Assembly: GCA_964414165.1 (NCBI GenBank)
Contig: CAYPVL010000002.1
Coordinates: 9,897-73,896, forward strand
From: an uncultured Cognatiyoonia sp.
GTDB taxonomy: Bacteria > Pseudomonadota > Alphaproteobacteria > Rhodobacterales > Rhodobacteraceae
Length of the DNA stretch: 64,000 bases
Direction: 5' to 3'
The translations under genes were made by a program, and so were the position numbers. Below the pieces are notes generated by a model that had not been told where the DNA came from, made no database searches, and worked only from the letters and a program-made list of their open reading frames with translations. Shown here in pieces: positions 60,461-64,000 of the stretch (within the stretch, counting starts at the first letter, position 1; each line of letters begins with the position of its first letter).

Positions 60461-61063
60461 ATGGTGAAATACGCATCCATCGGCGCTGCCGTTGTTGTTG
60501 TGGCGGGTTTGGGGATCACGGGTCTGATGGCCGGGGTCTTTGCGCCGCGCGGGAATTGCCCTGAATTACAGGGGTCGGGCGCGGCTATTGGTGGATCGTT
60601 TGAATTGGTTTTACCGGATGGGACTATCGTAACTGAAGCGGAAGTGATTACCGAGCCTTCCTTGATCTATTTTGGCTATACTTTCTGCCCCGATGTCTGC
60701 CCGATCGACAATGCCCGCAATGCTGCCGCTGTCGATATCTTGGCCGAGGACGGGCACAGCGCGACGCCGATCTTTATCACGGTTGATCCAAACCGTGACA
60801 CGCCCGCCGTGGTCGGCGACTATATCCAGAACTTTCACCCCAAGATGATTGGCCTGACGGGATCTGAGGCCCAGATCAAGACCGCATCAGATGCCTACCG
60901 CACCTTTTACAAAGCCGAGGAGGACGGGACTGACTATTACCTCGTCAGCCATTCGGTCTATTCCTATTTTGTCACGCCTGCGGATGGCTTTGTCGCTTTT
61001 TTCAAGCGCGACGCGACGCCAGAACACGTTGCCGAAACTATGGCGTGTTTTCTGGCGGGCTGA
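60461..61063 (+). CDS. senC: SCO1/SenC/PrrC copper chaperone
   Basis: TM anchor followed by a thioredoxin fold with CPDVCP and a downstream H (LVSHS). AGGAG RBS before the ATG at 60461. The listed 60395 start is an extension. Confidence 0.85.
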   Translation: MVKYASIGAAVVVVAGLGITGLMAGVFAPRGNCPELQGSGAAIGGSFELVLPDGTIVTEAEVITEPSLIYFGYTFCPDVCPIDNARNAAAVDILAEDGHSATPIFITVDPNRDTPAVVGDYIQNFHPKMIGLTGSEAQIKTASDAYRTFYKAEEDGTDYYLVSHSVYSYFVTPADGFVAFFKRDATPEHVAETMACFLAG

Positions 61064-61106
61064 CGATTTGACGGGCCCGAAACAAAAGCTACCTTCTTGT
61101 TAGCGC

Positions 61107-61673
61107 ATGGAGGCCCGCACGATGAACATGGTTGATTTAGATCTAGGACCTGACCCATCCCTTTTGCTTGTGGATGATGACGAAGCCTTTCTGAAGCGCC
61201 TTGCCAAGGCGATGGAAAAGCGCGGCTTTACCGTGGAAATGGCCGAAACAGTCGCGGCAGGCAAAGCCATCGCGACCTCTAGACCCCCTGCCTATGCGGT
61301 TGTTGATCTGCGTCTTGAAGATGGCAACGGGCTGGACGTTGTCGAGGTTCTGCGCGAACGACGCCCTGACAGCCGGATCGTTGTGCTGACGGGCTATGGT
61401 GCGATTGCGACGGCGGTTGCTGCCGTGAAGATCGGCGCAACGGATTATCTGGCCAAACCAGCAGATGCCAAAGACGTCACCAATGCGCTTCTGAGCAAAG
61501 GGGACGAACTTCCCCCGCCCCCGGAAAACCCGATGAGCGCGGATCGCGTGCGCTGGGAACATATTCAGCGCGTGTATGAGCTATGTGATCGCAACGTGTC
61601 TGAAACGGCCCGTCGCCTCAATATGCACAGGCGCACTTTGCAGCGCATCCTTGCCAAACGCAGCCCACGCTAG
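61107..61673 (+). CDS. regA: Redox response regulator RegA/PrrA/ActR
   Basis: Receiver domain (LLVDDD...VVDLRL). C-terminal HTH NVSETARRLNMHRRTLQRILAKR is characteristic of RegA homologues. The start could be the ATG at 61122. Confidence 0.9.
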   Translation: MEARTMNMVDLDLGPDPSLLLVDDDEAFLKRLAKAMEKRGFTVEMAETVAAGKAIATSRPPAYAVVDLRLEDGNGLDVVEVLRERRPDSRIVVLTGYGAIATAVAAVKIGATDYLAKPADAKDVTNALLSKGDELPPPPENPMSADRVRWEHIQRVYELCDRNVSETARRLNMHRRTLQRILAKRSPR

Positions 61674-62539
61674 GCGGCGGCAAGTAGCCACTTTTTGAAT
61701 ACCTTCGCTTTGGCTGATGTGCGGTCTGGTAATTCAACGATATGATAGCCTACGCCCGTTGGCGGCACTGCTGTCACTTCGACAAGGGCCCCATTTTCAA
61801 GGTCGCGTTCGACCAATGCGCGCGAGACGACGGAAACACCCAGACCTGCACGCAATCCTGACAAGGTCATATTGAGAGTATCGAAGGTTTTCATCTGACA
61901 GCACGCCAGATCAAGCCCGTTTTCAACTGCCCAGCGCTGTGGTTCCTGATGGACGGCCTCAAACACCCACGGCAAATCGTTGAGGTCGGCGATGCTGCTT
62001 GGGCAGTGCCCTTTCAGGATCGAAGGGGCAGCCACCACAACGTAATCTGCGGGCACAAGGAACGTCGATTTCATGCCCGGCCAATCGCCAGTTCCATAGC
62101 GGATTGCCAGATCATAATCGTCCCGACGCAGGTCAACGACAGCACGGTCTGGCGTGATCGACAACATGATTGTCGGATGCGTGGCCCAGAACTGACTAAG
62201 CCGGGGTAGCAGCCAGTTTTCCGCAAAGCTTGGGGTCGTTGTAATACTCAGCGGCTTGTCCGCCTTCGCGGTTGTGATTGCCCTGACCCCCGCTTCGATC
62301 ACACTGAACCCCTCGCTTAGGCTTGTGGCAAGGGCTTGGCCGTCTGCCGTCAATTGCATCCCGCGCCCGGCACGTTTGGCAAGTTGCACGCCAAGATGGG
62401 CCTCTAGCGTGCGCAGATGTTGGGCAATCGCCGCATGGGTCACGTTCAGTGACGCGGCCGCAGCAGACATTGTTCCGTGGCGCGCCAAAGCTTCAAACGC
62501 GCGCAATGCGGCAAGGGAAGGAATATCGTTCCAGTTCAT
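61670..62539 (-). CDS. LysR-family transcriptional regulator (GcvA-like)
   Basis: N-terminal HTH LAALRAFEALARHGTMSAAAASLNVTHAAIAQHLRTLE. I prefer the ATG at 62539 (MNWNDIPS), because the listed 62614 start adds 25 atypical residues. Confidence 0.85.
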   Translation of the reverse strand: MNWNDIPSLAALRAFEALARHGTMSAAAASLNVTHAAIAQHLRTLEAHLGVQLAKRAGRGMQLTADGQALATSLSEGFSVIEAGVRAITTAKADKPLSITTTPSFAENWLLPRLSQFWATHPTIMLSITPDRAVVDLRRDDYDLAIRYGTGDWPGMKSTFLVPADYVVVAAPSILKGHCPSSIADLNDLPWVFEAVHQEPQRWAVENGLDLACCQMKTFDTLNMTLSGLRAGLGVSVVSRALVERDLENGALVEVTAVPPTGVGYHIVELPDRTSAKAKVFKKWLLAAA

Positions 62540-62581
62540 TATGTAAGTTTTACTAACATGATAGAAATCATAGTGACTCGG

Positions 62582-62616
62582 AAATACGGCGTATTTAAGC
62601 GTATGGATTGGCATAC
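62582..62616. promoter_or_regulatory. Two inverted repeats in the divergent LysR promoter region (candidate operators)
   Basis: AAATAC-GGC-GTATTT at 62582-62596 and GTATG-GATTGG-CATAC at 62601-62616, both perfect. They lie between the LysR start and a small divergent ORF. Confidence 0.35.
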
Positions 62617-62637
62617 ACCAATAAAAGGATGATAGCC

Positions 62638-62781
62638 ATGCTTACAATATTCGCAAACACATTTCACGCCGCCACACGTTTCCCGGAACACCTTCAGCGC
62701 CGCCCCCTTAAAACATGGGAGGTTGAGCGACTTGAGGCCGAACGCCGCCGCCGCGCTATGCGTGATGTTGGGATGCGCTAA
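62638..62781 (+). CDS. Possible small Arg-rich protein (47 aa), not in the ORF track
   Basis: My own translation: MLTIFANTFHAATRFPEHLQRRPLKTWEVERLEAERRRRAMRDVGMR. AAGGA lies 8 nt upstream of the ATG. It fills the otherwise empty gap between the LysR and GNAT genes. The C-terminus loosely recalls DUF1127 (L..D[IV]G..R). Confidence 0.3.
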   Translation: MLTIFANTFHAATRFPEHLQRRPLKTWEVERLEAERRRRAMRDVGMR

Positions 62782-62784
62782 GGC

Positions 62785-63258
62785 CTATAGCGGGAACCGT
62801 TTGATGATCCGGTCCACGACTGTGCCATCGGGCCGGGTCAGATCGCCCTTCTTTACGTCAAAGTCGGTAAAACCCATGCGGGAATAGAAGGCCAAACCGC
62901 CCGTATTGTCTGATGTGATTTTCGCAAGGATAGCCGTGCCACCGCGTGCTTTGGTTGCGCTTAGCGTCGCGTCAAAAAGCGCGGTGCCCGCGCCTTTCAC
63001 AAGCGCGCGGCGGTCGGTGAATGTACCAATCGAATATAGCCCCGGTTCGACTTCAAAAACCGCTTGAAAGCCAACCACATGATCGCCGTTCAGTGCGACC
63101 ATACTGATGGGCGGCTCTTGGCGATAGTGTGCATCAAACCCATCAACGGTATAGGGTTTTTCATATGCAGTTGTACCACCACGCGCGATGATGTCGTTTA
63201 CAATATCGGTGCAAGCAGCGGCATCTTCGCGCCGCATTGGGCGGATGGTCAGGGTCAT
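62785..63258 (-). CDS. GNAT-family N-acetyltransferase
   Basis: 157 aa. Acetyl-CoA motif RRALVKGAGTALF. GFTDF C-terminal motif. Confidence 0.8.
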   Translation of the reverse strand: MTLTIRPMRREDAAACTDIVNDIIARGGTTAYEKPYTVDGFDAHYRQEPPISMVALNGDHVVGFQAVFEVEPGLYSIGTFTDRRALVKGAGTALFDATLSATKARGGTAILAKITSDNTGGLAFYSRMGFTDFDVKKGDLTRPDGTVVDRIIKRFPL

Positions 63259-63845
63259 AATCTCTCCAATAATGCGTTGTGGCGGGCGGTAAAATCGGCG
63301 CGCACCTCTGCGGGTGGGCGTAGGTGGATTTTGAATTTGGCGGTGAAATCAGGGTCAAACTTTCCGAAAAATTTGTCCGCCTCGGCCTTTGAAAACCCGG
63401 CGATCTGCGTTGCCTCAAGCCATGCAGAAATCTTATCGGCCTTCTTGATTTGTTTCTTCACCGACACTGGAATCTGCGCAGGCAGGCCAAAGCGCATATG
63501 AATCGCGGCCATCAGGCGATCATCAAGCACCTCATACCCCGGTCCAACGGCAGCCTTCACCGGGCTAATCATATCGCCGATCACATATTCCGGGGCGTCA
63601 TGCAGCAAAGCGGCCAACTGCCATTTGATCGGCGCGTTCGGCTGACGGGCCAGAAAGATGTCAGTGACCAGCAAGGAGTGTTCAGCAACGGAATAGGCGA
63701 AATCCCCATGGGTTTGCCCATTCCAGCGCGCCACGAAAGCCAAACCGTGGGCAATATCCGCGATCTCGATATCGACAGGGGTGGGGTCAAGCAAATCAAG
63801 GCGACGGCCCGAAAGCATACGTTGCCATGCGCGGGGTTGTTTCAT
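63255..63845 (-). CDS. HD-domain phosphohydrolase (YfbR-like)
   Basis: SVAEHS...LLHDAPEYVIGDMISP metal-binding H...HD...D pattern. I prefer the ATG at 63845 (MKQPRAW). Confidence 0.75.
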   Translation of the reverse strand: MKQPRAWQRMLSGRRLDLLDPTPVDIEIADIAHGLAFVARWNGQTHGDFAYSVAEHSLLVTDIFLARQPNAPIKWQLAALLHDAPEYVIGDMISPVKAAVGPGYEVLDDRLMAAIHMRFGLPAQIPVSVKKQIKKADKISAWLEATQIAGFSKAEADKFFGKFDPDFTAKFKIHLRPPAEVRADFTARHNALLERL

Positions 63846-64000
63846 TGCGGCAGCTACCTTCGTTCTATTTAGGAACCTAAAGACCAAACCTGACCAATCG
63901 CCGCAACCACTTTGCATCCATTGCCCTGCCTGAACCCCAATGCTACATCCCAGCCAACCACAGATATGAGGGAGCCAGTCGTATGGCCAATGACTACATC

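Noticed and set aside
63983-64000. Possible gene start at the right edge (GAGGGAG RBS, then ATG GCC AAT GAC TAC ATC).
   Set aside because: Only six codons are visible, so it cannot be identified or supported.
1-64000. I searched by eye for CRISPR-like spaced repeats, tandem repeats, IS inverted repeats, integrase/transposase genes, tRNA/rRNA genes and known multi-gene defence architectures.
   Set aside because: None were seen. All intergenic spaces are 406 bp or shorter, and every long ORF has a housekeeping-type assignment except those flagged in the findings. A computational repeat or tRNA scan would be needed to exclude short or degenerate elements.

Overview
This is a core chromosomal segment of a moderately GC-rich alphaproteobacterium. 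The gene content looks Rhodobacterales/roseobacter-like: regB-senC-regA, an alpha-type addAB cluster, a Tim44-like gene, and hemJ. I could not verify taxonomy. The window is densely packed with housekeeping genes. From left to right it carries ubiG (cut by the window edge), a comF-grxC-nit-marR operon, hemH, two L,D-transpeptidases, a pair of ABC exporter genes, cca, hslO, argG, maeB, mutS, hrcA-grpE, rph-rdgB-hemW and parB-parA-rsmG-mnmG-mnmE-rho-hemJ. A 406-bp AT-rich gap follows, then maf-aroE-coaE-dnaQ, secB, fxsA, mltA, hslVU, trxA, the tsaE-amgK-murU-addB-addA chain, regB/senC/regA, a LysR regulator, a GNAT and an HD hydrolase. The main structural conclusion is that this is the origin-proximal region of the chromosome. 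Two perfect 16-bp parS palindromes sit inside the 5' ends of rsmG and mnmG. The hemJ|maf gap carries a perfect DnaA box, several near-consensus boxes and an AT-rich core, and transcription diverges from it. I saw no CRISPR array, rRNA/tRNA gene, transposase, integrase or recognisable multi-gene defence system. The only clearly accessory-looking locus is a lower-GC, single-gene DUF3800 islet between ubiG and marR. Other points worth a second look: a translationally coupled maeB / ribokinase-like / class IV aminotransferase / sulfotransferase-like operon; a secreted DM13-like gene encoded antisense between hslV and hslU; an output-less multi-PAS membrane protein next to regB; and an unlisted 47-codon Arg-rich ORF divergent from the LysR gene. 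All calls rest on reading the translated ORFs for family motifs, plus gene order and sequence motifs. No database search was run.
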